Below, in pieces: positions 46,901-58,140 of a stretch of DNA of 64,000 nt. The notes below the pieces were generated by a model, which was not told where the DNA came from, did no database searches, and saw only the letters and a program-made list of their open reading frames with translations. Source of the DNA: Microcaecilia unicolor (Eukaryota); contig NC_044034.1 in NCBI RefSeq assembly GCF_901765095.1, positions 62,626,339 through 62,690,338 on the forward strand, read 5' to 3'. Each line of letters starts with the position of its first letter. Position 1 is the first letter of the stretch. Position numbers and translations under genes: made by a program.

Positions 46901-47734
46901 TGAAGAAAATAGGCAGAAGCTGGATCCACTGGACAGTCAAGTCTGCGGAGGACCCAGCTTTTACTTATGGATATAGAGCAAGAAATGAAGAAGAAAGGAG
47001 GAAAGTAAAGAAATAAATGGAAAGGAAGCCCTGGAAACAGAGTTAAGAGGACAGATAGCAGCAGAATCGGATACTGGGCCAGCATGTTCAGAAAAACAGT
47101 CACCAGACAACAAAGGTAGAAAAAAATCATTTTATTTTCGTTATAGTGTTTGGAATATGTCCACTTTGAGAATCAGGTGCACAACATTAAAAGTTTATAT
47201 TTATTTACTTATTTTTGGCATTTTATCCCACATTAAACATGAATTAAATTGGAACCTGGGATCATTTAATTTTTTTTTCCTGGAGAGAGTAATGCATTGC
47301 CGCCCCCCCCCCCCCCCAGGCTCTCTCCCCGGCTATAGCCAGCCCTGCAATTTTGAGGGGAGGTGCACAGGTGGACACGGGGGGGGGGGGGGGGGGGGGG
47401 GTGCAGAGGTGGACCGGGGAGAGAGCCTGTTGTTAAACATTTACCAACACACCACTGTCTAGTGCCCACCCATCCAACCTGTTGGCCCACCCAAAAATTG
47501 ACTTCTGGCTACGCCACTGGAAGTTGATGGGAGAGGGAGGATATACATTTTCATGTTTTAGATTAGACATAATTTTTAGTTTGTTGTATTTTAATGTTTT
47601 TATAGTGCTGTATACTGCAAATGGGTAAATGGGATATAAGCATTTTAAATAAATTAAATAATTGTCAGAACTCCCTAATTCTCTTATTTGTCCTGTTTAT
47701 CCATCTTGAATAGATAGTCCAGTGGTTCCCAAAC

Positions 47735-47935
47735 CTAGTCCTGGGGGCACCCCAGCCAGTCAGGTTTGAAAGATACCCACAATGAATATTCATGAGAGAC
47801 ATTTGCATGCAATAGAGGCAGTACATTCATATCTCTCATGAGTATTCACTGTGGGTATCTTTCAAACCTGACTGGCTGGGGTGCCCCCAGGACTAGGTTT
47901 GGGAAACACTGAGATAGTCCCTTCTCAATATGGCT
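47735..47935. mobile_element. palindromic hAT-type MITE (TIR 'CAGTG(G/T)TTCCCAAACC'), 8-bp target-site duplication 'AGATAGTC'
   Basis: 'tagatagtc|cagtggttcccaaacctagtcctggg...cccaggactaggtttgggaaacactg|agatagtcc'. Confidence 0.6.
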
Positions 47936-48087
47936 TACAATCACTTATGTGTATGCCTACATGTCCAGTGGCACTATAGAAATGGTAATTGGTACTGGTG
48001 GTAGTGGTAGTAGTAGTAATTTAGGGGGGTAGCTATTAAGGTGCAGTAAAAATTGGGCTTTTACCATACCTTAATTCGAGGAGTCAC

Positions 48088-48850
48088 ATGACACTATGTA
48101 CAGGAGCAGTCGCTGAAAGCTCTGCTCCGTGTACCTCCGGCAAATTCCATTCTTTTAAACCCCAAAATCGGCGGTTGCAGAACGCATTGGACCGAGATAA
48201 CAACTCTCTGCTCTGCGGTGAAAGAAATCAAGTCGAGAAGCGGCTTATGGCAGCAAAAAACTTGCGCAAAGACAAAGAAAAAAGTAAGGCGCTGGAAGAA
48301 AAGATGGCGGCGCCAGCCAGCCCGTCGGCCTCCGCGGTTGGATCGGCATGGGCAGCCGAAATCGTGGGTGAGATCACAGTGGCTATGAAAACGATCTTGG
48401 ATCAGAAACTACAAGGGCTGGACACAAAGCTGGAGGGATTGCAGACCAATATGATACAGCTGAGACACGACCTTACAGCTTACCAGCAACGGACTGGGAA
48501 ACTTGAGGACCAGGTGACGGCAGTTGAAAAAAATTACTCTAAGCTGCAGAAACTTGTTGAAGCACAAGCGGAGAAGATAGAAGACCTTGAAAACAGGTCA
48601 CGACGTAACAACCTCAGATTTGTTGGCCTTCCGGAGGACCTGGTGGACCGAGAACTTGGGCTTTTTTAGAGACTTGGCTGGCCAAAGAACTTAATCTTCC
48701 CCAGGAAATGGGACCCTTAATCATTGAACGGGCACACCGCATAGGGCCGCTGAGGCCTGAAGCTACTAGACCACGTGTGGTGATTTGTCAGCTGTTAAAC
48801 TTTGCCCAAAAAGTTAAAATCATACCATACCTTAATTCACCATGGGAGAT
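48088..48850 (+). mobile_element. L1-like ORF1p (Transposase_22-type) fragment with frameshift
   Basis: ORF 48088..48669 has a coiled-coil region plus 'LENRSRRNNLRFVGLPE'. Downstream in another frame it reads 'ERAHRIGPLRPEATRPRVVICQLLNFAQKVKII' (ORF1p C-terminal domain). Confidence 0.6.
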
Positions 48851-50358
48851 TAGTACCAAAAGATAGCGACTCCCATGGTGCACTATTTACAATCAACCTT
48901 GCAAGTAGCGTTATTCATACTGCCCAGGAGCATCAGGCTGTTAACCCACAGTCCAATTCTTCTTCTGGATCACATTTTAAAAGGGCCAATCATTAGTTTT
49001 GTCCCCTACCCCTGATATCCCCCCACTCACATTGCTTCCTCCCTGAAGAACACTCCCAGGCCTACCTTTACAAATCATTGGAGTCTAGTGGTGTCAGGGC
49101 AGGAGCAATACTTAGTTGCTCCTTCCCTAGCCAGTACCAGGTTTAAAATGGCATTGGGAACCCCTAGCAGTACTCTTTTGGTGTTACCACTAGATGTCAA
49201 TCTGCCTACAGCACTGGAAACCATGCTATTCAAATTACATATTAATGAGATGTTTTGCATGCATTTGCATCCTTTTCATCTCACTACTAAGTGTCCCATG
49301 ATAACACGTGTTTATTTTTATTTATTTATTTAAAATTTTATATTCCGCAATTATTTACAATCCTAAACGGATTACAAAATAGCATACACGATTTCAATAA
49401 AACAAACATCACAACATCACAAATTACTTATATTCATTGCATCATTTCCTCTTTTGGTTATATGACTGATTCAAGACACCCCCTTACTGATCCAAGACCC
49501 CTCCCCTTACTGATCCATGTGGTCTTACACAACACAGTTACTCTCTACATGTGTCCTCTAGGGTCTCCTCCTAGCCCATGTAACGTACAGTAGATGATGA
49601 TGGCAGGTAAAGACCTGTATGATCCATCCAGTCTGCCCAATAAGAAAAACTCATGGCATATGATAAGCTGATTAGCGCCATCCATGCCCATTCTCCGCCC
49701 CTGACATTCCCCTCCCCAAAAAAATACAAAAAAATAAATGTCGTGGACTTAGCACACGCAGATGGCAAAACTAACCTAGAATGCTTCAACATGTATTGTG
49801 TTGGGCCATTTTTGTTGCGTTAGACGCATATTAGTGCCTAATGCAACTTACTAAAAGGTCCCTATAGTTAGCTAGTGCTGCCATAGCAAGAGTGAGCAAG
49901 GTGGGATAAGGACATGGCAGAAGGAAAGGATAGGGAAGGGTGGTAATGGCAAGTTTCAACACCTCTCACACTCTTTATTTTGTGGCCACTAGCCACCATG
50001 GGGCAGATAATTATGGAAAACCAAGTATCTTGTATATAATTAAATTTTTTTACATAATGGATTGTTATGAAGAGATATACTTTTGTTTTTTAGGTTTTTA
50101 GTGTTTTTTGTTTTTTTTAAGATTTTTATCGAGAAACATGTCAATGGGTAAAATAGTAGGTTTAACTTTAAATGTGAATTTTCAAAGCCATACTTATACA
50201 GATAGTACCACTGAAAATGCATATATCCTAGTTGTATGTTTAAAGTTAAATGGCAGCTGTTCTTCTGAATACTGATATCTGAATTTTTAATAAGTATTAT
50301 TCACCTGCAACCTCTTAAGAATCAGCACATCTGTAATTGTTTTGTTTTTGTTTCATAG

Positions 50359-50461
50359 ACTGGTTTTTGGAATCTTAATCCAGACCTTGGGGATTTGTTG
50401 AAAGTGGATGTTAATTACCTATGCAATGTCATCCTTGCTCAGAAGGGCATCCATTCACTAG
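50359..50461 (+). other. candidate coding exon (103 nt): 'TGFWNLNPDLGDLLKVDVNYLCNVILAQKGIHSL'
   Basis: Acceptor 'tttgtttcatag|' with a polypyrimidine tract. Donor 'CACTAG|gtaaaa'. Single open frame. Confidence 0.3.
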
Positions 50462-51821
50462 GTAAAAATCATGTCTGTTTCACAAGGGTAAAAGATGTTT
50501 TTTCAGCACAAACTTGACCTTCACATTAGGACAACACCTTGAACAATACCGTAAGATCAGAATTTCTTTGCGTGATCAATGGACTGACTTAGCAGGAAAA
50601 AGATCCGTGTGGCCCCATTAGCCACTACAGAGCTATAAGTTGAACAGATTGTACTTTGTCCATTCTTTTTTTTTAACTCCAAACATTTTCATTGAATGAA
50701 CAAGAAAATACATCCACATGATACAGGATAGGGTGATTGCTTTGCACATACCCATATACAATTGTCCAGTCCTTACACATAATTGCTAGTGTATAACCTT
50801 ACTGCCACAGGACAGATGTTTAATATTTAAATCTGAGGATAATTCTTTAAATAAGTATTAATTTATATAAAAGAAGATAATTTTAATGTGTTTTAGCTTT
50901 TTACAAGCTGACAACAGCACAGGTTAATAGACACATAAATCTCTGTGCTATGCAACTAATGCTGAACCTGAATGCCATTCAGTGAGCTTCATTGATATCC
51001 ATATTTTACTTCTCCGGATTTACAATCACAAGTGCGAATCGTAAGAGATTTTACAGTTGACCAGGAAAGTGGCATGTTCTTTTCTAGGCCCTAGAGGAAA
51101 AGAAGAGGTACTGCAGTTGATTGCCACCCTTCTTGTGCTGCAGCTCTTGAGGTTCACACAAGTGCTACAACTGATCACCTTCAAGTCTCTAATGAAACTG
51201 GATGACTCATCCACTGAGAGGTTTGTTCATAAAATAGAATAAAATTCTATGCAGTCAGAATGTATGAGTTTTTTTTTCTGTTCCTGTTTTAAAATTGTCA
51301 TGAAAAATAATAGAAATAAACAAATGTTAGCATTAAAGGTATGATAATTTATTTGTAGCATTTGTATCCCACATTTTCCCACCAATTTGCAGGCTCAATG
51401 TGGCTTACATTTGCCGTCATGGCAGTTGCTTAAGCTATCATAGTGAATCCTATAGGGTCTGGGAATAGAGCCATGTGTTATCCGAGATTTTTTTTTTTTT
51501 TTTTGGGGGGGGGGGGGGTTTGTATAAATATTTTGTCAGGGGGTAGAGAAGTATAGCAGTTTCCCAGTTTCCTCCTACTTTTTTGTGCTTCCAGCAAAAC
51601 TGGAACTAGAGCAGGGGAATCCAGTCAGAGGCAGGCCAACTGATCAAAATTGGCCTGAAGTCTGGGTTTGGGTTTTGGCCAAACAGTCAAGCGCATTTTC
51701 AGCTGAAACTGAAACGCTTCTTCTTTCCCCCTCCACCGGGCTGCTTGACCCCACCCAAGGGCCCTCCCTTTAAATGCCCTAGTAGTCTAGTGGCCTTTTC
51801 TGGGTAATTGTGATCCTCAGT

Positions 51822-52005
51822 TACTCTTGCCCCTGCCAGTTTCTCAGCCAAAATGGCTGCTGGGACTTGGTCCCAGCAGTCATTCTGAGATTGGAACTAG
51901 CATAGACAGGAGCGACTGAAGATTGTTCCTGCTTATGCTGGTTCAGATCTTAAAATGGCTGCTGGGACCTCCTGCAGCAATCATTGTGGCTGAGGAACTA
52001 GCAGG
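51822..52005. repeat. small inverted-repeat (MITE-like) structure
   Basis: 'ctcttgcccctgccagtttctcagcc' at the left versus 'ggctgaggaactagcaggggcaagag' at the right. Internal direct repeat 'aaaatggctgctgggac' occurs twice. Confidence 0.3.
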
Positions 52006-52039
52006 GGCAAGAGCTACTGTGGATTCCTCTTGCCCAGAA

Positions 52040-52235
52040 GTGGCCACTAGACCAGTGTTTCCTAAGTCCTGTCCTGGAGTACTCCTTGCCAGTTAGGTTT
52101 CAGGATATCTACAATGATTATGCATGAAACAGATTTGCCTATAATGGAGTCAGTGTATGCAAATCAAGTTCATTCATATTCATTGTGGATATCCTGAAAA
52201 CCTAACCGGCAAGGGGTACTCTATGACTGGACTTG
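52040..52235. mobile_element. palindromic hAT-type MITE (same family as 47735), 8-bp target-site duplication 'CACTAGAC'
   Basis: 'gccactagac|cagtgtttcctaagtcctgtcctgg...ggacttgggaaacactg|cactagacc'. Confidence 0.55.
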
Positions 52236-52677
52236 GGAAACACTGCACTAGACCACCAAAGCACTTAAAGGTAGACCGGGGGAGTCTTCAGATGGTGGGA
52301 AGACGGAGGGGTTGTGGTCGGGAGGAGCTGCATTCTGCTGGGGGTGGCAGTGCTGTTTTCGGTTTTGTCTTTGCTTTCAGCTGAAACCCAGTGGCAAATT
52401 TCAGCTGCTGATTCAGTTTTGGTTGAAACCAAGAACCCCAGTTTCGGTCACCCTCAAGATCTAGTATCATGAACCTTCTGCTTGAACATTTCCCCTACTT
52501 TGTCACTGCAATGGAAGGAGATACCTTTGCAGTGCCTAGGTTTCCTACTGTATTATACCAAAGAGTGCTGGTATGACTTTCATTCCAAATGGCGCGTTTG
52601 ATTGCTAATTGTTGCAATTTGTGTACTTCTCTATTTTTGAATTAGAAAGAAAGCATGGGACAGGCACGTGGTGTCAC

Positions 52678-53100
52678 TTAGGGGTGCTTTTATTAAGCTA
52701 CTTAGGCGCCTACATGCGTCCACTGCGTGTCTGTTTGGAGTTACCTCCCGGCTACTGCGTGGCCCTTGTGGTGATTTTATTTTTGACTTGTGTCCACTAT
52801 GCGCACCAGAAAATAATTTTTATTTTCTGGTGCGCAGTAGACACTGAGCGGTAATCATCATTCTACACACGTAGATGATTACCGCACGGTTAACGCATGA
52901 GATCTTACCGCTAAGTCAGTGGGTGGCGGTAAGGTCTCAGACTCAAGATGGACGCACGCCAATTTTTATTTTGTCGCACGTCCGTTTTGGGCAAAAATTT
53001 TAAAAAGGCCTTTTTTACAGGCACGCTGAAAAATGGATCTGTGTACACCCAAAACACACACCTACATTAGCGCAGCGCACCTTAGTGAAAGGACCCCTTA
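52678..53100. mobile_element. Harbinger/PIF-type MITE, copy 4 (TTA target-site duplication)
   Basis: 'cTTAggggtgcttttattaagc...ccttagtgaaaggaccccTTAgg'. The interior shares 'ttaccgc...agtcagtgggtggcggtaaggtctc' with the 38213-39025 copies. Confidence 0.55.
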
Positions 53101-54285
53101 GGAAGAGGAGGCGATGGTGGATGCTGTGGATGGGCAGACTGGATGGGCCATTTAGCCTTTATCTACCTTCATTTTTATGTTTCTATGCAGAAAGCCAGCC
53201 TCATGGTTGAGCCTGCACTCTACCATGAAATTAGTGCTTCATAAATACTGCAGCATGCTATAAATTAATGAGCATGCAAATTATGGTAGTAATAGACACC
53301 TGATTGCTAAATGTCAACTTTCCTGTCGGGGGGGGGGGGGGGGGGGGTCCTGAGCAGTGATCGGTTCATGCACTGACAGGATGGGTGACATTTTAAAATA
53401 AAAACACAAGCATGCTGCGTCATTTCACGTTGGCCCCATGCCCCCCTCCCCACTTGATGTACTAATAAACATTCACCTCAACCCAACCTTTTCCCTCCTC
53501 CTCCAAAAACGTATCCCTAGTGTCTAGTAGCATCTCCCCTCCCGGTAGAATGGCCCTCCTCTCTCTCCACCACACTTCCAAAAAATTCCCTGGTAATCTA
53601 GTGTGATACCCCACCCCATGACCCCTTGCCTGGGACCCTCCCCAGACCTCGTGCATTAAGTGAGGCAGGAGCAAAACCCATTTGCTCCTATCTACGGCAT
53701 TGCCATCTTCAAAATGGTGGCTTGATGCACTGGATGCAGTCAATTTGCCATATAATGTTTTGGAAGTGGGAGTTAGATTGGGAGGAGGCTACTAGACTAC
53801 CAGGGCAACTTGTTTTTTTAATATTAAAGGAAGGGAGAGTTCAGGTTGGGGATTCTCACTGCAGAAAGCAATCCGGGAGTGTTGGGATTAGAGTGAGAGA
53901 GGGGGTGCTGATAGACGCCCACTCCTCTCAACAAACCTTTCTACACTGCCCCAGGCCTGGAAAAAAGTTTCCCATGCACAACATACGTCAAACTTTTTTT
54001 TTTTTTGTTAATGACCACATTACTATGCATTTTAATGCAGTGTGCAGTAATGGTTTCCACGCAGGTTTAACAGAAGCATTTGTGTGTTCCTCTGGAGGAC
54101 TCTAGGAGGCTATTTTCTAAAAGCACATACACACATATGTTGTCTTAAATACCTACAACTTGTTGACTATTATATTATGTATCAGATGTTTGCCATTATC
54201 TTTATTGGTATATAACATAACAGGTAATAAGCACAACTTGCGAAAGTACAATAGTAATTAACGTAGATCCCTAGACCCCACTCCA

Positions 54286-54490
54286 GTGGCGTAGCTAGGT
54301 GGGGTGCCAGGGGAGCTGCCTTTCCCCCAAACGGAGTTCTGCCAGCGCCTATTTTTTTTGTTGTGCAGCACTGAAAATGTGCGCCGGCACCGGCCGAAGT
54401 CCGCTCTCTCTCCCCCTGCGCCATCAACCTGGCTGAACCGGGCTATGCTGCCCCACCCCCACCCTTGGATTCCCACCCCTGCAGTGTGTT
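54286..54490. mobile_element. 5' end of a third copy of the 'CAGTGGCGTAGC' hAT-like element family (3' end not identified)
   Basis: 'cagtggcgtagctaggtggggtgccagggg...gcgccggcaccggcc...' resembles the 60091 copy ('...gacaccggcacctgcgc...'). Confidence 0.35.
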
Positions 54491-54942
54491 CCATATCATT
54501 GTATAGTCTCTATCAAAGTTAAGTCCAAAGTCAAGAAAAACTAATACAGCCATAATAGTGGCATCTTTCAGTCTTAATTCCGAATTATTAAAGAAAACAA
54601 ACCGCACATGGGCACTCGATGTATGTAAGGCATCCAAATGCGCAAAAAGTGCTTCTTAGCTTTTTAACCTTTGAGATTGACTGACCTGCGCTCCATATTA
54701 AGGAGTTTGTGATCTGAATTTGACATTGAGTAAGGGTGGGCGGGTCAGAGCGAATCCATTGAAGCAATATGCAGCACTTGACGATCAAGGTTGCCTTACA
54801 AAGAAATAAAACTGGAAACTTGTGTACCCTTCACAATTGTGGATGTATCATCCAAAAGAAAAGCTTTGGTCCCCTCGGTGTCGCAACCTGGCTACGCTTC
54901 TGGATGGACTCTAGGACCACCTCAAATATACCCCCCCGTTTA

Positions 54943-55058
54943 CTAAGCCACGCTAGTGGCTGCCATGCATTACTGCCGACACAGCCCATTCACTTTGAAT
55001 GGGCTGCGTCGGCATTGCTGTGCGGCAGCTGGTAGCGCAGCTTAATAAACAGGGGGGA
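54943..55058. mobile_element. short MITE with 'CCCCCCGTTTACTAAGCC' / 'GCTTAATAAACAGGGGGG' TIRs
   Basis: Internal 'cagcccattcactttgaatgggctg' hairpin. Relatives at 57545-57700, 59436-59585 and 60030-60505. Confidence 0.45.
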
Positions 55059-55679
55059 TAATGTTTGTGCAAAGCATCCTCAGCCTGACATTTCTGACAG
55101 GTTCCATCAGAAGGGAGACCCATGTTCTTTGCTCTGGACGGATATATATACGTGCGCATGAGGAATTTATAATGCAGTTCTTGAAGTTGAAATGAAGGCC
55201 ATTTTTAAACCTACTTAGACAATCCTCCACAGCATATCCCTTGCCACAATCCAGACCAATAACAACCCAACATACCTGGTATATAATCCACTACTTGTGG
55301 ATATAGCTGTCTATATCAGGTACATTTTTCAAAATGTTTTCTGCGACTTGTTATTATAAGTTTATTTCCATTGTGTGTGTGTGTGTATAAACACATATAA
55401 CCATGCAATGCAGTATTTCGACCTTTTCTTAATGAGGAGCAGGAGGCAGAAGCGACAGCATGTATTTCCCCCTCCCCCCCATCACAGCAGGAGAGTGGCT
55501 GCATGTCAGGCCAAATTATCCTCCTGTACGATCCTGGGCCTGACAGCTGATTTGAATTGTACAGGACACTGTATATCTATGTACATCTATGCAGTTTAAA
55601 TCAGCAGATGTACTCCAGGTGGCAGAGGAGAAGGATGTGGCCCAATGTGCAGACGCTCTTCTTTTGCCATGTGATTAGC

Positions 55680-56200
55680 ACATGGGGATATGGAGATGTG
55701 TGCTATTGAGGGGAGGGAAGAGAACAAGTTGTGGGCATGTGCTTGGGGGGGGGGGGGGGGGGGGGTAGGGGATAGAGAGTAAGCTGATATGCTGAGGATG
55801 TGTGCCATGGGGATAGAGAACAAATGGGAATATGGGCTGCAGGAGCAGATGGAAAACAAGCTGGGGATATCTGCCATTGGGGGGTAGGGTTGATAGAGAG
55901 CAAACTGGGGATGTCAGGAATGGTGGATAAAGGGATAGAGAGCAAGCTGGGGATGTGTCAAGAATAGTGGATAGAGAGCAAGCTGGGGGTGTATGCCACA
56001 TAGGGGCAGGAGGGATACAGAGCAAACTGGGAGTATATGTCACCAAGGAATGGATAGAGAACAAGCGGGGAGTTAGTAAGAGAGAACTAGTGGGTAAAGA
56101 GGCTAATTGTGGAGAAACAACTGGGGAGGGCTTTGTGGGGGAGGGGGGTAGGTAGAAAGAGGTAGCTATAAGATGAAGAGAGAGATGGATGTATTGTGTG
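55680..56200. repeat. minisatellite (~38-40-bp units 'ggatagagagcaagctggggatgtg...')
   Basis: Repeated 'gatagaga(g/a)caa(g/a)ctgggg(a/g)t' units. The motif is related to the 46110-46900 minisatellite ('agaattgctgggtatgg...ggatagagggg'). Confidence 0.6.
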
Positions 56201-56516
56201 GATTAGGAAGAGAGAACAGGGGAGCAGAAACAGATGGGTGTGAGGTGAAAGAATAAGGGACAGAGAAATTTGTCCCTTCCTTTCTGAGCATACTACAAAA
56301 AACTTTAACCACACTCTCATCATATTCCATCTAGACTGCAACCTGCTCTTCCCAAGTTTACCACTAAACCATCTCTCTCTCCTTCAAGCTATTCAAAGTT
56401 CTGTTGCACAATTTATCTTCCACCTAAACTCACATAACCAAATTAAGCCCTGCATGTAACAAGTATTTTACTTTACTTTATATGGTTATATACCCAGCTA
56501 ACCAATGTTGTTTCTT

Positions 56517-56702
56517 ATATACAGCGCTGTCCGTTGGAATGTACAAAAAGCTGTGGCATGGGCAAGAAAGATAGATAGACAATATCCAGCCATCTGCAGT
56601 CGGCTTGAATTGGGAACGAACTGGGACTCATTCACTCGGCAGCTGCTGCGTATTGACCCATTCGGGGCCAACTCACCCCTTCTGAAGGCAATTAAGTTCT
56701 GA
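56517..56702 (+). other. weak candidate terminal coding exon ('...RQLLRIDPFGANSPLLKAIKF*')
   Basis: Acceptor 'tgtttcttatatacag|' followed by a 61-codon open frame ending in TGA. No supporting homology and the phase does not join the 50359-50461 candidate directly. Confidence 0.15.
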
Positions 56703-57544
56703 TAGTACTATAGTACTCTTCGGTGTTTAATATTGCATGAAACATTCAATTTATTTAATAGGCACAATAATTACAAAATGAAATAAGCATATATTTTTTT
56801 TTTTAAATTGTCATAACATATCTGCAATTTATAGTACCGAGCATTGTGTTAAATCAGGAAAGCAAGACAACTAATTATCAAAATAGCCTTTAAATAACTA
56901 TTTTTCTGCTTTACAATGCAAAAAGTGTTGTAATAAGCTGTGGAGGATAAGGCTTTGAAAATATAAATGACTACATTATTTTATGTGTATTATTAGAAAA
57001 CATATACTTAACATACACATACATAAATAGATATGACCCGCTGATTAAAAAGGTACCAAAAGTGAGGTATGAGACTTATTTATATCACAGGATAAAGAGA
57101 TCTCAGCTACATAATCCTGCAAAATGTTAGCCTCTGGTATGGCTGTAAAACATACAAGACATCAAAGTTGTGAAACAAAAATTGCACAGTCCCATTCCAC
57201 CCCTCCAAACTTTTATAGCCTTTATCTCTGTTATTTCTAATCTTACTTTTGGTACCTTTTTGCTTAATGGGTCACAAATTGTTAAAATATAATTTTTATA
57301 TTTTTAATCTTAAAAATCAGTTTGATAGAATAGTTTTTATTTGTAGAACCTTTGATAGGAAATATTTTACAAAATGTTTGATTACAGTAGCTCTTGATAT
57401 CTTCTAATTTACCTGTAATTTGATTGCATAACTTGTTATACTGGATGCCAACAGTTTTATGATACTTAAAAATCATACATACTGAAACATTTTGCAGTGT
57501 CTGATCACCAGCTTGGTAGAAATATCAGAATTTAGACCATTGTA

Positions 57545-57700
57545 ATAGTCTAAGGTCCCAGTTCACTAAGGTATGCTAACATTTTTAGCATGCACTAATA
57601 CTAGACACCCATTGGAATAAATAGGTGTCTCTAGTATTATAATGCGCTAATTTTTAGCAACTACAGCGTGGCTTAGTAAACAGGGCCCTAAGTGTGAAAC
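57545..57700. mobile_element. short MITE of the 'GTTTACTAAG' TIR family
   Basis: 'ggtcccagttcactaagg...gcgtggcttagtaaacagggccctaag'. Confidence 0.45.
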
Positions 57701-57949
57701 AATCGAAGCCTGTACTAATACAGAGTAATGTTCTAAAAATTAAGATCTGATGGTATGAAGCTGTCACAATTTTAAGAATATTGCTTTAATAAGTTAATTA
57801 ATCTGAAGAACTGTAGTAGATTTGTGTATCTGTAGGGACGGACCAGTAGACAGAGTCAGAGTCTGAGTAATCAGTCTGTTAGGGTTGCTTAGACGTAACA
57901 ATTTGGTCTTACCTTTATTCACTCACCAAAAGTAATCATGTACACATTA

Positions 57950-58140
57950 ACAGGAGTGGAGGAGTAGCCATGACACCAGTCTTGACATCCAGAGCTGGCC
58001 AGTTCAAATCTCAGTGCTGCTCCTTGTGATCTTGGGCAAGTCACTTAACCCTCCATTGCCTCAGGTACAAAATTAGATTGTGAGCACTCCAGGGACAGAG
58101 AAATACCCAGAGTACCTGAATACTGGCAACTGGATGAAAA
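57950..58140 (+). repeat. tRNA-derived SINE with MIR-like core
   Basis: tRNA-like head 'ggaggagtagccatgacaccagtcttgacatcc...ggccagttcaaatctcagtgctgctcc'. Core 'cttgggcaagtcacttaaccctccattgcctcaggtacaaaattagattgtgagc'. Confidence 0.5.

Larger units (their letters stand above)
45666..47519. mobile_element. large copy (~1.85 kb) of a non-autonomous hAT-like element family with 'CAG(T/G)GGCGTAGCC' termini; carries internal palindrome, minisatellite and C/G homopolymers
   Basis: 5' 'cagggccgtagccacgggtgggcctgggg...ggcccaccca' and 3' '...ggcccacccaaaaattgacttctggctacgccactg' are homologous to both ends of the 357-bp copy at 60091-60447. Flanking target-site duplication is not evident, so the boundaries are approximate. 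Confidence 0.45.

Noticed and set aside
45877-47130. Long ORFs (417 aa, 319 aa, 131 aa, 110 aa and others) across 45877-47130 on both strands
   Set aside because: They lie on the minisatellite and palindrome. Their proline/serine-rich or glycine/glutamate-rich periodic proteins are the expected translation of a G/C-rich tandem repeat in any frame.
56517-56702. Joining candidate terminal exon 56517-56702 to exon 50359-50461 as one transcript
   Set aside because: Phases do not match: the 50461 donor leaves 1 nt, while the open frame after the 56516 acceptor needs 2 nt. At least one exon would be missing. It is kept only as a very low-confidence separate candidate.
57950-58030. tRNA gene call for the tRNA-like sequences at 57950, 62385 and 63880
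   Set aside because: The tRNA-like heads are followed by a conserved SINE body shared by all three copies and have degenerate acceptor and anticodon stems. They are SINE heads, not tRNA genes.
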